This document shows, one piece after another, positions 35,865 through 48,825 of a stretch of 64,000 bases of DNA. The notes below the pieces were generated by a model, which did no database searches, had not been told where the DNA came from, and was given only the letters and a program-made list of their open reading frames with translations. Both the position numbers and the translations under genes were made by a program. Source of the stretch: Mercenaria mercenaria (Eukaryota). The number at the start of each line of letters is the position of its first letter. Positions within the stretch are counted from its first letter, which is position 1. The stretch covers positions 83,467,972-83,531,971 of the forward strand of contig NC_069364.1 of assembly GCF_021730395.1 (NCBI RefSeq), given 5' to 3'.

Positions 35865-38800
35865 ATGACCATCTTAGACAGTCAAGTGTATTATCACTAG
35901 ACAAATGACTACCCTAGACAGTCAAATGTATTATCATTAGACAAAAGACCATCCTAGACAGCCAAGTGTATTATCACTAGACAAATGACTACCCTAGACA
36001 GTCAAATGTATTATCATTAGACAAAAGACCACCCTAGACAGTCAAATGTATTATCACAGTAGACAGTCAAGTATATTATCACTAGACAAGTGACCACCCT
36101 AGACAGTCAAATGTATTATCACAGTAGACAGTCAAGTATATTATCACTAGACAAGTGACCACCCTAGACAGTCAAATGTATTATCACTAGACAAATGACC
36201 ACCCTAGACAGTCAAGTGTATTATCACTAGACAAATGACCACCCTAGACAGCCAAGAGTATTATCACTAGACAAATGACCACCCTAGACAGTCATCAGTG
36301 TATTATCACTAGACAAATGACCACCCTAGACAGCCAAGTGTATTATCACTAGACAAATGACCACCCTAGACAGTCAAATGTATTATCACTAGACAAATGA
36401 CCACCCTAGACAGTCAAGTATATCATCACTAGACAAATGACCACTCTAGACAGTCAAATGTATTATCACAGTGGACAGTCAAATGTGTTATCACTAGACA
36501 AATGACCACCCTAGACAGCCAAATGTATTTAATATCACTAGACAAATGACCACCCTAGACAGCCAAGTGTATCACAGTAGACAGTCAAGTGTGTTATCAC
36601 TAGACAAATAACCACCCTAGACAGCCAAATGTATTTAATATCACTAGACAAATGACCACCCTAGACAGCCAAGTGTATTATCACTAGACAAATGACCCCC
36701 CTAGACAGTAAAGTGTATTATCATTAGACAAATGACCATCCTAGTCAGTCAACTATATTATCACTAGACAAATGACCACCCTAGACAGTTAAGTGTATTA
36801 TCATTAGACAAATGACCATCCTAGACAGTCAAGTGTATTATCATTAGACAAAAGACCACCATAGACAGTCAAATTATTATCAGAGTAGACAGTCAAGTAT
36901 ATTATCACTAGACAAATGACCACCCTAGACAGTCAAACGTATTATCACTAGACAAATGACCACCCTAGACAGTCAAGTGTATTATCACTAGAAAAATGAC
37001 CACCCTAGACAGCCAAGTGTATTATCACTAGACAAATGACCACCCTAGACAGTCAAGTGTATTATCATTAGACAAATGACCACCCTAGACAGTCAAGTAT
37101 ATTATCACTAGACAAATGACCACCCTAGACAGTCAAATGTATTATCACAGTAGACAGTCAAGTGTGTTATCACTAGACAAATGACCACCCTAGACAGCCA
37201 AATGTATTTAATATCACTAGACAAATGACCACCCTAGACAGTAAAGTGTATTATCATTAGACAAATGACCACCCTAGACAGTCAAGTATATTATCACTAG
37301 ACAACTGACCACCCTAGACAGTCAAATGTATTATCACAGTAGACAGTCAAGTGTGTTATCACTAGACAAATGACCACCCTAGACAGTCAAGTGTATTATC
37401 ACTAGACAAATGACCACCCTAGACAGCCAAGTGTATTATCACTAGATAAATGACCACCCTAGACAGTCAAATGTATTTAATATCACTAGACAAATGACCA
37501 CCCTAGACAGTCAAGTGTATTATCACTAGACAAATGACCACCCTAGACAGTCAAATGTATTTAATATCACTAGACAAATGACCACCCTAGACATTCAAGT
37601 GTATTATCACTAGACAAATGACCACCCTAGACAGTCAAATGTATTTAATATCACTAGACAAATGACCACCCTTGACTGTCAAGTGTATTATCACTAGACA
37701 AATGACCAACCTAGACAGTCAAGTGTATTATCACTAGACAAATGACCATCCTAGACAGTCAAATGTATTTAATATCACTAGACAAATGACCACCCTAGAC
37801 AGCCAAGTGTATTATCACTAGACAATTGACCACCCTAGACAGTCAAATGTATTTAATATCACTAGACAAATGACCACCCTAGACAGCCAAGTGTATTATC
37901 ACTAGACAAATGACCACCCTAGACAGTCAAATGTATTTAATATCACTAGACAAATGACCACCCTAGACAGTCAAGTGTATTATCACTAGACAAATGACCA
38001 CCCTAGACAGTCAAATGTATTAATATCACTAGACAAATGACCACCCTAGACAGTCAAGTGTATTATCACTAGACAAATGACCACCCTAGACAGTCAAATG
38101 TATTTAATATCACTAGACAAATGACCACCCTTGACAGTCAAATGTATTTAATATCACTAGACAAATGACCACCCTAGACAGTCAAATGTATTTAATATCA
38201 CTAGACAAATGACCACCCTAGACAGTCAAGTGTATTATCACTAGACAAATGACCACCCTTGACTGTCAAGTGTATTATCACTAGACAAACGACCACCCTA
38301 GACAGTCAAGTGTATTATCACTAGACAAATGACCATCCTAGACAGTCAAATGTATTTAATATCACTAGACAAATGACCACGCTAGACAGCCAAGTGTATT
38401 ATCACTAGACAAATGACCACCCTAGACAGTCAAATGTATTTAATATCACTAGACAAATGACCACCCTAGACAGTCAAATGTATTATCACTAGACAAATGA
38501 CCACCCTAGACAGTCAAGTGTATTATCACTAGACAAATGACCATCCTAGACTGTCAAAGTAGTTTAATATCACTAGACAAATGACCACCCTAGACAGTCA
38601 ATGTATTTAATACACTAGACAAATGACCACCCTAGACAGCAAGTTATTCACAAAATACCACTGCTGTCAAGTATTAATCACTAGACAAACGACCACCTAG
38701 ACAGTCAAGTGTATTATCACTAGACAAATGACCACACCATATTAGACAAATGACCACGCTAGACAGTCAAGTGTATTATCACTAGACAAATGACCACCCT

Positions 38801-39215
38801 AGACAGTCAAATGTATTTCATATCACTAGACACATGATCAACCTAGACAGTCAAATGTATTATCATTAGACAAAAGACCACCCTAGACAGTCAAATGCAT
38901 TATCACAGTAGACAGTCAAGTGTATTATCACTAGACAAATGACCACCCTAGACAGTCAAATGTATTTCATATCACTAGACACATGATCAACCTAGACAGT
39001 CAATGTATTATCACTAGACAAAAGACCACCCTAGTACATGCCTAAGTAGTATTATTATCACTAGACAAATGACCACCCTATGACAGTCAAGTGTATTTGA
39101 TCCACCTAACACAAATTAGCACCAAATCCACTAGACAGCAAGTGTATTATCTAAATCCACTAAGGTACAACAAATGACCACCTAGATCAAGTGTATTATC
39201 ACTAGACAAATAAGT
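35865..39215. repeat. 40-bp satellite, block 2 (about 84 units, with variants gtcaaatgtatttaatatcactagacaaatgaccaccctagaca)
   Basis: Continuous 40-bp periodicity over 3.3 kb. Confidence 0.95.
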
Positions 39216-39484
39216 GAATGAAGTATTGCCATGCAATACTAAGTCCCTTACTGGAAGGCACCTAATTTTCTCTACTGCAGTATAACATAATGAACTGATA
39301 TTTGTCAGTGATGTATAAACAATATTGTACTATACTAATCCCCATTGATAACGTGGTTCCCGCCGAAACGCAAGGACGAGTCTAATTCATGATAACTGAT
39401 GTAATAACAATTCATTATGCATGCACATTACTTGACAAGCAAATATTAGTATTTCTTTCATTTTAGATATCCACTGTGTATATG

Positions 39485-39572
39485 GCAACATAGCTCAGTT
39501 GGGTAAAATGCAGACAACAGCTGGATATCAGCAAATCGTTTTATGGTTTCGAATCCTCATGAGTTTTTTTCA
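39485..39572 (+). other. tRNA-like sequence (degenerate, SINE-head-like)
   Basis: gcaacatagctcagttgggtaaaatgcag...ggtttcgaatcc. D-box and T-box elements are present but no acceptor pairing. It converges on a second tRNA-like copy on the minus strand 260 bp away. Confidence 0.4.
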
Positions 39573-39827
39573 GAATTTTTTTTTGTTTTCTTTTTCTATT
39601 CATTTTCATTTTTGCTTCCGTATTTTTGTTTGTTTCTTTGATGGTTTGTATTTATATAACACAATATTGTGTTCATTACATGTATTCGTATGGCTTAAGT
39701 GCATGCATTTAATCAATATCATCTTTGATATATAATAAACTGCCATACCGCAGTAGATACCTCTCTGTCGTGTTGTCACAGAGCTCATGAAGGAATCTTA
39801 TTTTTTATGCAAAAGTGAAAAAAAAAT

Positions 39828-39915
39828 TAAATGTCGATGGTGAGTTTCGAATCCACACGGCAAAAGATCTGTTGAACATGGACAGTATGCTTTACCACTG
39901 AGCTAATTCGTAATT
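39828..39915 (-). other. tRNA-like sequence (degenerate), convergent partner
   Basis: The rc reads gaattagctcagtggtaaagcat...ggattcgaaactcacc. Confidence 0.4.
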
Positions 39916-40229
39916 GGTACAAAATCTAGAAATATTTAGATTGTAACATGTTAGAAAAATGTTGAATTCCCTATGTCCCAGTTTCATCTATATATAGTCA
40001 TGTTTGTAAATATCAAATTATTGTTGGGGCATAGTATATGTTATAACAACACACTTGGATTAAAATGTGCATATATAAAAACCCACAGTTGTTTTCATAT
40101 TGAATTGTTTTGGCTGATTATAAAAATGTTATCATGTAAGTTATTTATAGTAACAACAAAGGGAAATTAATCTTAAAAAAAAAACAAAAAAAAACAAGAG
40201 ATCACAGAGTGATCTTGACGCCCACCATT

Positions 40230-41510
40230 GAGCCATTTCTGATTGTTCCAAATTTCAAGACTAGCTCAAGGTCAAATTTCATTTCAGTACACATCACTGT
40301 GCATGTGGCCTATGCATGTGGTCCAAATTTGAAAGCTGTAGCTTGAGAAATGTGAAAGAAGGTCACAAGACCAATTTCAAGGTCAAAGTTCATTTCGGTA
40401 TACAAAACTATGCATATGCTTCAAATTTGAAGCCTGTAGCTTTAGAAATGTGAAAGTAGGTCACTAGGTCAATCTCAAGATCAAAATTCATTTCGGTACA
40501 CAAAACTATGCATGTGGTCCAAATTTGAGGGCTGTAACTTGAGAAATGTGAAAGTAGGTCACTAGGTCAAAATCAAGGTCAAATTTCATTTCGGAACACA
40601 AAACTATGCATGTGGTCCAAATTTGAAGCCTGTACCTTCAAAAATGTGAAAGTAGGTCACTAGGTCAATGTCAAGGTCAAAGTGTTTTTCAGTACACAAA
40701 ACTATGCATGTGGTCCAAATTTGAAGGTTGTAGCTTGAGAAATGTGAAAGTAGGTCACTAGGTCAATGTCAAGGTCAAAGTTTCTTCGGTACACAAAACT
40801 ATGCATGTGGTCCAAATTTGAAGGTTGTAGCCTGAGAAATGTGAAAGTAGGTCACTAGGTCAAAATCAAGGTCAAATTTCATTTCGAAACACAAAACTAT
40901 GCATGTGGTACAAATTTGAAAGCTGTAGCTTGAGAAATGTGAAAGAAGGTCACAAGACCAATTTCAAGGTCAAAGTTCATTTCGGTATACAAAACTATGC
41001 ATGTGGTCCAAATTTGAAGGCTGTAGCTTGAGAAATGTGAAAGTAGGTCACTAGGTCAATGTCAAGGTCAAAGTTTTTTTCGGTACACAAAACTATATGC
41101 ATGTGGTCCAAATTTGAAGGCTGTAGCTTGAGAAATGTGAAAGTAGGTCACTAGGTCAAAATCAAGGTCAAATTTCATTTCGGAACACAAAACTATGCAT
41201 GTGGTCCAACATTGAAGCCTGTACCTTCAAAAATGTGAAAGTAGGTCACTAGGTCAATGTCAATGTCAAAGTTTTTTTCCGTGCACAAAACTATGCATGT
41301 GGTCCAAATTTGAAGCCTGTACCTTCAAAAATAAGAAAGTAGGTCACTAGGTCAATGTCAATGTCAAAGTTTTTTTCAGTGCACAAAACTATGCATGTGG
41401 TCCAAATTTGAAGGCTGTAGCTACAGAAATGTGGAAGTATGTCACTAGGTCAAAATCAAGGTCAACTCATGTCAATGTTCATCTTGCCACTCAAAACTAT
41501 ACATGTGGTC
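40230..41510. repeat. Satellite, about 100-bp monomer, about 13 copies, related in inverted orientation to the 145-bp satellite at 2025-3695
   Basis: The unit is gaaatgtgaaagtaggtcactaggtcaaaatcaaggtcaaatttcatttcggaacacaaaactatgcatgtggtccaaatttgaaggctgtagcttga. The segment ggtcactaggtcaaa.tcaagg matches the rc of the 145-bp monomer (ccttgatttgacctagtgacc). Confidence 0.8.
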
Positions 41511-41529
41511 CAAATCTGAATGTTGTAGG

Positions 41530-41810
41530 TTATTGACAAGAAGATTTTAAAAGCTTTTCCCTATATAAGTCTATATGAACCATGTGACCCCCGGGGGCAG
41601 GGCCATATTTGACCCTAGGGGGATAATTTGAACAAACTTGGTAGAGAACCACTAGATGATGCTACATAACAAATATCAAAGCCCTAGGCTTTGTGTTTGG
41701 ACAAGAAGATTTTCAAAGTTTTTCCCTATATAAGTCTATATAAACCATGGGGATAATTTGAACAATCTTAGTAGAAGACCACTAGATGATGTCACATGCA
41801 AAATATCAAA
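41530..41810. repeat. About 140-bp direct repeat, 2 copies (..gacaagaagattttcaaag.ttttccctatataagtctata..accatg...ggataatttgaacaa.ct.gtagaa.accactagatgatg..acat..aaatatcaaagccctag)
   Basis: Two diverged copies. The second leads directly into the 40-bp satellite. Confidence 0.7.
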
Positions 41811-41811
41811 G

Positions 41812-42895
41812 CCCTAGACAGTCAAGTGTATTATCACTAAACAAATGACCACCATTAACAGTAAAGTGTATTATCACAAGACAATTGACCATCCTAGACA
41901 GTCAAGTGTATTATCACTAAACAAATGACCACCCTAGCCAGTCATGTGTATTATCACTAGACAATTGACCACCCTAGACAGTCAGGTGTATTATCACTAG
42001 ACAAATGACCACCCTAGACAGTCAGGTGTATTATCACTAGACAAATGACCACCCTAGACAGTCAGGTGTATTATCACTAGACAAATGACCACCCTAGACA
42101 GTCAGGTGTATTATCACTAGACAAATGACCACCCTAGACAGTCAGGTGTATTATCACTAGACAAATGACCACCCTAGACAGTCAGGTGTATTATCACTAG
42201 ACAAATGACCACCCTAGACAGTCAGGTGTATTTTCACTAGACAAATGACCACCCTAGGCAGTCACGTGTATTATCACCAGACAATTAACCACCCTAGACA
42301 GTCAGGTGTGTTATCACTACAAAATTGACCCCCCTGGACAGTCAGGTGTATTATCACTAGACAAATGACCCCCCTAGACAGTCAGGTATATTATCACTAG
42401 ACAAATGACCACCCTAGACAGTCAGGTGTATTATCATTAGACAAATGACCACCCTAGACAGTCAGGTGTATTATCTGCCACTAGACAAATGACCACCCTA
42501 GACAGTCAGGTGTATTATCATTAGACAAATGACCACCCTAGACAGTCAGGTGTATTATCACTAGACAATTAACCACCCTAGACAGTCAGGTGTGTTATCA
42601 CTACAAAATTGATTCCCCTAGACAGTCAGGTGTATTATCACTAGACAAATGACCACCCTAGACAGTCAGGTGTATTATCACTAGACAAATGACCACCCTA
42701 GACAGTCAGGTGTATTATCACTAGACAAATCACCACCCTAGACAGTCAGGTGTATTATCTGCCACTAGACAAATGACCACCCTAGACAGTCAGGTGTATT
42801 ATCACTAGACAAATGACCACCCTAGACAGTCAAGTGTATTATCACTAGACAAAAGACCACCCTAGACAGTCAAGTGTATTATCACTAGACAATCT
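41812..42895. repeat. 40-bp satellite, block 3 (variant gtcaggtgtattatcactagacaaatgaccaccctagaca)
   Basis: About 27 units. Confidence 0.9.
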
Positions 42896-43087
42896 GACAC
42901 TCTATCTTAATAATCTTTGAACAAATTATTTTTAAAGTTACATGTACTATGATTTGCAGTGGAACAGTAGTTAAATTACCTGCGACTGCATTCTACAGTA
43001 TTGAGAAAAATGCCAATTTGCAATTAATTTACATCAAATGATGCAGGTGTGTATCTATCTATGTAATAATTATAGGTTATTATACAA

Positions 43088-43192
43088 GGCTGGTGTGCCT
43101 TAAGGCGATATTGGCATACTAGGAGAGGTATAGGACCGAGGGCAAATACCAGTCTAGTATGCTAATATCGCCTTAGGACACACTAGCTCTGT
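43088..43192. repeat. About 100-bp imperfect palindrome
   Basis: ctggtgtgccttaaggcgatattggcatactag ... ctagtatgctaatatcgccttaggacacactag. Confidence 0.55.
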
Positions 43193-43321
43193 TTTATAAC
43201 CTTTTTATTGCATATGTTCTACTGTTAAAGTGAAAACGAGAAAACTAAAATAATTTAATGTTGCAGAGCGACACTGAATGTTCATGTAATGCGCGGGAAC
43301 GTCAATGCTGTCTGATGAGGC

Positions 43322-44729
43322 TGACATCTATGGCACGCCAATTGTCCAATAATTACGTGAACCCAGGTTCACAGTCGAAAAACTAGGATTAACGATCGAT
43401 AAACTAGGTTTTTCGAACGTAAAACCAGGTTTTTCGAATACTAACCTATATTTTCAAGCAAAAACATAAGATAACCATAGTTTATGCTCGTGAACCCAGG
43501 TTTACGTTCGATAAACTAGGTTTCTTGACTGAACTATGAATTTCTGTTGTTATCCTAAGTTCATGAGTGTGAACCTATATTTACGGGCGTAAACCTATAT
43601 TTACGGGTGTTTACGGGCGTAAACCATAGTTTATGAACGTGAACCTATGTTAACGACCGTGAACTTGGGTTTACAACCGTAAACATAGGTTCACACTCGT
43701 GAACATAGGATAACGACCTAAAATCATAGTTAGGTTTGAGAAACCTAGTTTATCGAATGTAAACCTAGGTTCACGTTTGTAAACTATGGTTCACGCTCGT
43801 AAACCTAAGTTCACGGTCATAAACATAGGTTCTCGCTCGTAAACATAGGTTCACGTCTGTAAACTATGGGTCACGGCAAGCCAATTATCCAATAATTACG
43901 TTCTTGGTCGAAAAACTAGGATTAACGAATACTAACCTATATTTTCGAGCGAAAACATAGAATAACGGGCATAATTGTCCTTGGTTTACGTTCTTGAACC
44001 CATGTTAACGATCGATAAACTAGGTTTTTCCAATTGAGCAAGAACATATTTTTATGGGCGTGAACCTGGGTTCACAAGCGTGAACCATAGTTTACGAACA
44101 TGAACCTATGTTTACGACCAAAAATCATAGCTTTGTTCGAGAAACCTAGTTTATCGAACGCAAACCTATGTTCACGCTCGTATACCCAAGTTCACGTTCG
44201 CAAACATAGTTTCACATTCGTAAACATAGGTTACGTTCATAAACAAAGTTTCACATCCATAAACTATAGTTCACGGTCATAAACATAGGTTAACGTCTGT
44301 AAACATAGGTTCATGGCCGTAAACCCATGTTCACGCCCGAAATTAATAACTGATTTTATAATCCTAATATATCAACCGTAAACCATGGTTTACGTATGAT
44401 AATCTAGGTTTCTCGACTGAACTACGAATTTCAGCCGTTATCTTATGTTTACGGTCGTTATCCTATGTTTACGCTTGTGAACCCCAGTTCACACTCGTAA
44501 ACCTTAGTTTACGACCATGAACTTGGGTTTACAAGCGTGAACCTATCTTTATGAGCTTGAACTATGGTTTACGGCGTTATCCTATGTTTTCACTCGAAAA
44601 TATAGGTAAGTATTCGAAAAACCTGGTTTTACGTTCGAAAAACCTGGTATATCGATCGTTAATCTCAGTTTTTCCACCGTGAACCTAGGTTCACGTAATT
44701 ATTGGACAACTGGCGTGCCATAGACGTCA
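43322..44729. mobile_element. Foldback-like element: about 170-bp terminal inverted repeats around degenerate 20-21-bp tandem subrepeats
   Basis: The left end tgacatctatggcacgccaattgtccaataattacgtgaacc.aggttcac..tcgaaaaactaggattaacgatcgata is the rc, at about 90%, of 44560-44729. The interior is made of gtaaacctaggttcacg-type 20-mers and holds an extra degenerate TIR-like copy at 43865-44030. Confidence 0.55.
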
Positions 44730-46477
44730 TTTCCTTTCAAACATTTGTTTTAAATTCATGCATTCTAGGGCCATAGTTTCTTGTGTCAACCTTATTCAAC
44801 AACACTAAGAGGAAGCTAATGAAATTATGTTAATATACCATGCATTCTTGTTAGTTTGTATATACTTCACATTCTGTCAGTGGAAGTATAAAATCTGGAT
44901 GTTTTGCCAAACAGTTGTTTATTTATAATATATATGCCTCACTTCTCTTCTCTTTCATCACACTAACATATATACTTTACATATTTACAAGTCTTGAACT
45001 CATATGTCAATAATTCGTGCGGACCATTTTACCTTTGACTCAGGGTGGGTTTTTTTTTGCCATTTTTATACAGTCGACATCGTACTTGCGACCACCTCTA
45101 TTAAGCGATATTTGCATTAAACGACCAGTCAAAATCCCTCCCGAACGTTTTCAGTATATATATTCATTCCATTAAACGACTTTTTTATTAAACGACTAGC
45201 GACCACATTAATGTAGTCCCAACAGGTAAAATATTCGACAAAAGTATCTATTAAGCGACCGGGTACCAAAATTCTACCGGGCATTTCTTCATCTGTGTTA
45301 TTAGCGAGTACGTTTTGCACATGACTGAATGCAATTAACCTTTGTATCAGTCAAACTGACAAACAATCTATTCATAATTTTCACGGTGTGTGGTCTTGGA
45401 AAAGTGTTCCCGATGTTAAAACAGATTTTGAAACCATACATGTATGTTCATAATAAATAAAGTTACATTAACAGTTAAAAATAACTTCCCTTTTCATCTG
45501 ACTGAAATTCATTAAGAGACCATTCCATTAAGAGATCACTTTTTAGCAGTCCCTTGGGTGGTCTCTTATACAATGTCGTCTTTAGCTATTATTCGGCTAT
45601 ATTCCCAATGCCAAAAATGAGTGCAAAAATTCCCAATCCACATTCTGAAAAAAAAAATTCATCAAAATTACACAAACATTGACCAAATTATGGACAATTT
45701 TGTAATGGTAGTATGTTAAAGAGGTTGTACAATGTGAAACAAGTGTATGAGAAAGTGCTTAAACACATCCTTACTATATCCTATGGGACTAAATATTTCC
45801 CAATTCAGAACATTTACGCGTCAAAGTCCCAATTTTTGGGGTATAGGCTATGTTACCGAAACAGCAAGAGAAAACCCTGCTACTACAATGTGTTACATTG
45901 AAAAGCGGTTTGTGTCCTGATGTTGCAAGTGTAACAACAAATATACAGAGTTCATTATGATCTTATTTTAAACTTATCATTTTGTTTGATCTGAATCTTC
46001 ATAAAGTTGACATAGCATTCCAAAGCCCATCTCACTAAAGAAGTATCTGAGGGTAGACATCTACAGTTAGAAATGAGTAATGGCAATAGTGATTTTGAAT
46101 ACCCATAAATAACTCGAAACTGCCAAGGTCACCGAGGTCAGGACTCCTGCAAAGGAAGTGATATTTCATAAATCAGACGATGCCTTTGTATTTGCAATTT
46201 AATGATGTATTTATGAATATGTAAAAATGATATTGTACATGCTGAAGCATTTGTCCAATTTTCATTTTTATAATAACTGGTTCGGAATACCAGGGGTAAC
46301 ACTGTATACTCTCTGGGACATCAAAAGAGATGGGATAACTCTAAAATTATTATGTCATACCACAGTCTGAGTCTAAGTGAGTTCAGATTGGACATGCTCG
46401 TAGCTGCCTGTATGCAAATACGCAGTTGTGTAATGAAATTCTGACAGTTTAATTTTTTGTCCTTCCCAAATCACCCA

Positions 46478-47205
46478 AATTTGAAATACTGTATAAGTGG
46501 TTAAGTTAGAGAGGCGGAAATATTGGCGAATTTCGTGAATTGACAAAATTCGCTAACATTTTCTCAAACATAAAAAATTAATATCAGCCAACCCATCATA
46601 AAAACACCAGCAGTAAATGAGAGAAACAGACCCTCTGTCTCTGTCTGTACACTGTACACGTTTTTAAAGCTACCTTTTATGGCCTTAAATACGTCAAAAC
46701 AAAAAAGCCCGAGTTGTTTGGTTATATTTCATACAGGTAAAGATTATCTTAATTTGATTAAATTCCATTCATTTGTTGACAGATACAAAACTAGCTATTT
46801 TTAGCTATTTACCGTAAACTGACATAGGCGAGTATGGAAGCGAGAAAACATACTGACTTTTAAAAATGCATTTCACACCTTTACAAAATGTAACAAAAGG
46901 ATTTACTTCAATGCATATTGTTAGCCTTTTTTCAGGTTGATAGTTACACATATTTTGCTTTCCTTTAAACAAATACTAGTACGCTTTCAAGTAATAACTT
47001 TTTATAAAAAAAAGAGAAAACAATAATTTTAGTAATGTGCAGCACATTTTCTTATATATGAACATTCGCTGGCTCCATTTCTTATGAAAAGCTGTTTTTG
47101 TTTTTACGCAAGTTAAAAAAGGGGAATTCGCTAATATTTCCGCACGCCAAATGTCTGGAATTCCGAATTCGCTAACTCTTGGAAATAACCACTTATACAG
47201 TAAAA
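46478..47205. mobile_element. MITE-like element with about 80-bp imperfect TIRs and a possible TA target duplication
   Basis: tactgtataagtggtta..gcggaaatattggcgaatt at 46478-46540 matches rc ctgtataagtggtta..gcggaaatattagcgaattc at 47120-47205. The flanks are ..aaTA|CTGTATAAG and CTTATACAG|TAaa. Confidence 0.4.
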
Positions 47206-48699
47206 AGCAGAGGGGGTAGGGGGTGAAGGGGTTAATCGGCTGTTCACAAATAGACCAAATAAAATTGCAGTAGCAGAAACGCAGACTTTTGTTGTCCGCT
47301 TCACTGTCCAATAATCACAGTCATCTCCAATCAAATGCTATTTTACTGTATGTTTGTATAACGCTTTTTTTATCATGGTAAATATACAGTGTACCGCACT
47401 GTGTGACGTATTTTGATATTGATTGAAAAGTAAACATGGCGGCAAAATTCTGGTTCAAGCTTTAATCCACCATATCCTATGTGTTAGGAAATAAAGACCA
47501 CACTTTAACTGATACAGAAAGATGTCATTCCTCATATCTAAATGGGACCAAACCTTGAAACAATAAGTAACACCACAGAAATGTTGACAAAATTGTGTTC
47601 CAATATATTATTATATATACATAAAAATTGTCAAAGAATGTAAGAACAGTCTTTTTTTTTTATTAGAAAGTACTACTAGTAGTATGTGGAGTTTGAATGG
47701 ATGTGAACATCTCAATGGCATGTTGCTATTCATGTTTTTCGTTGAAAGTAACCTAGTGGTAAGAAATTTAATGCATATCTAAAACATACATCTAATCACA
47801 TTAAAATTAGAAGACTGAGAAAAATGAACATGTTTAAAGTTATCATGGATTATTTTTTGTCCGGAAATGCATTCAACGGGCCCTATTTCAACGAGTAAAA
47901 TCTAAAATTTTCTTGGTGGAGGCCCCCATGAACCCCCACCTGTGGGAGGGGGCCACCCCCCTCCCACACCTAGTACCTAGCCTTACTCATTTGGCTTATC
48001 AGGATAACTTTTTTTATGATCTGATATTTTATAGCTGTCATCCCTCTAAGCCTTACCGGTATCTGTATTTTACTGTTAGGAAAACAAAGACATTAAAAAA
48101 AAATCCAAAAAGTCATAAAATACTGGTCAGATTACTTGTTTTAATAAATTAAACATTAATATTCATGTAGAAACTTCACACGAGTTGAACTTATAATTTT
48201 AAATAAAAGACTAAATCTTCGAAAATATGATGTGACAGATGCAAGGACATATCTACCCTAACACTAGTTTCAATAAACAGCCAACTGCCGATGACACTAA
48301 ACTGCAGAAACAAAACACAAAATAAACATTCATAAAATGTCAGCAAGGAAATTTTATGCTTTAATGTCAACATAAATTCATTTTCAGAGATGTAATCATT
48401 ACAAATATTATGTACATATACCAGAAAACATTCCCAATGGATTTCATTGGGGATTTCCTAACAGGAATATGCAGATTAAATTTGGACGTGACAGAGACAG
48501 TCAACAGTCAAAAGTTATCACGCCATCCCGAAACGTCCTATTATTTGGACTAACACCTCCACCTCAGATCTGCATAATGACAAAATCACTCCAGCTTACG
48601 TGCCTGTTAGAACATAACATTTTCCAGTAATAAACTCAAAAACTTCCTACTTGAAACTTATTAAAAACCTTAGATTTTTCTTAAGGGTCCTTATTGTAC

Positions 48700-48800
48700 C
48701 CTAAGTCACCACTTAGTGGTCCTTAGTGCTCACTTTGAGGTCCTTAGTGGTCCTTTGTGCCTCCTTAGTGGTCCTTAGCGGTCCTTAGTGGTTTATTGCA
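48700..48800. repeat. 10-bp minisatellite (gtccttagtg), about 8 units
   Basis: Direct reading. Confidence 0.85.
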
Positions 48801-48825
48801 GGACCGATTAAAAACCTGTTAAGGC

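Noticed and set aside
34320-39215. Regular 40-bp repeats that could superficially look like a CRISPR array
   Set aside because: Units abut head to tail with no unique spacers, and the context is eukaryotic, with spliced genes and SINEs. It is satellite DNA.
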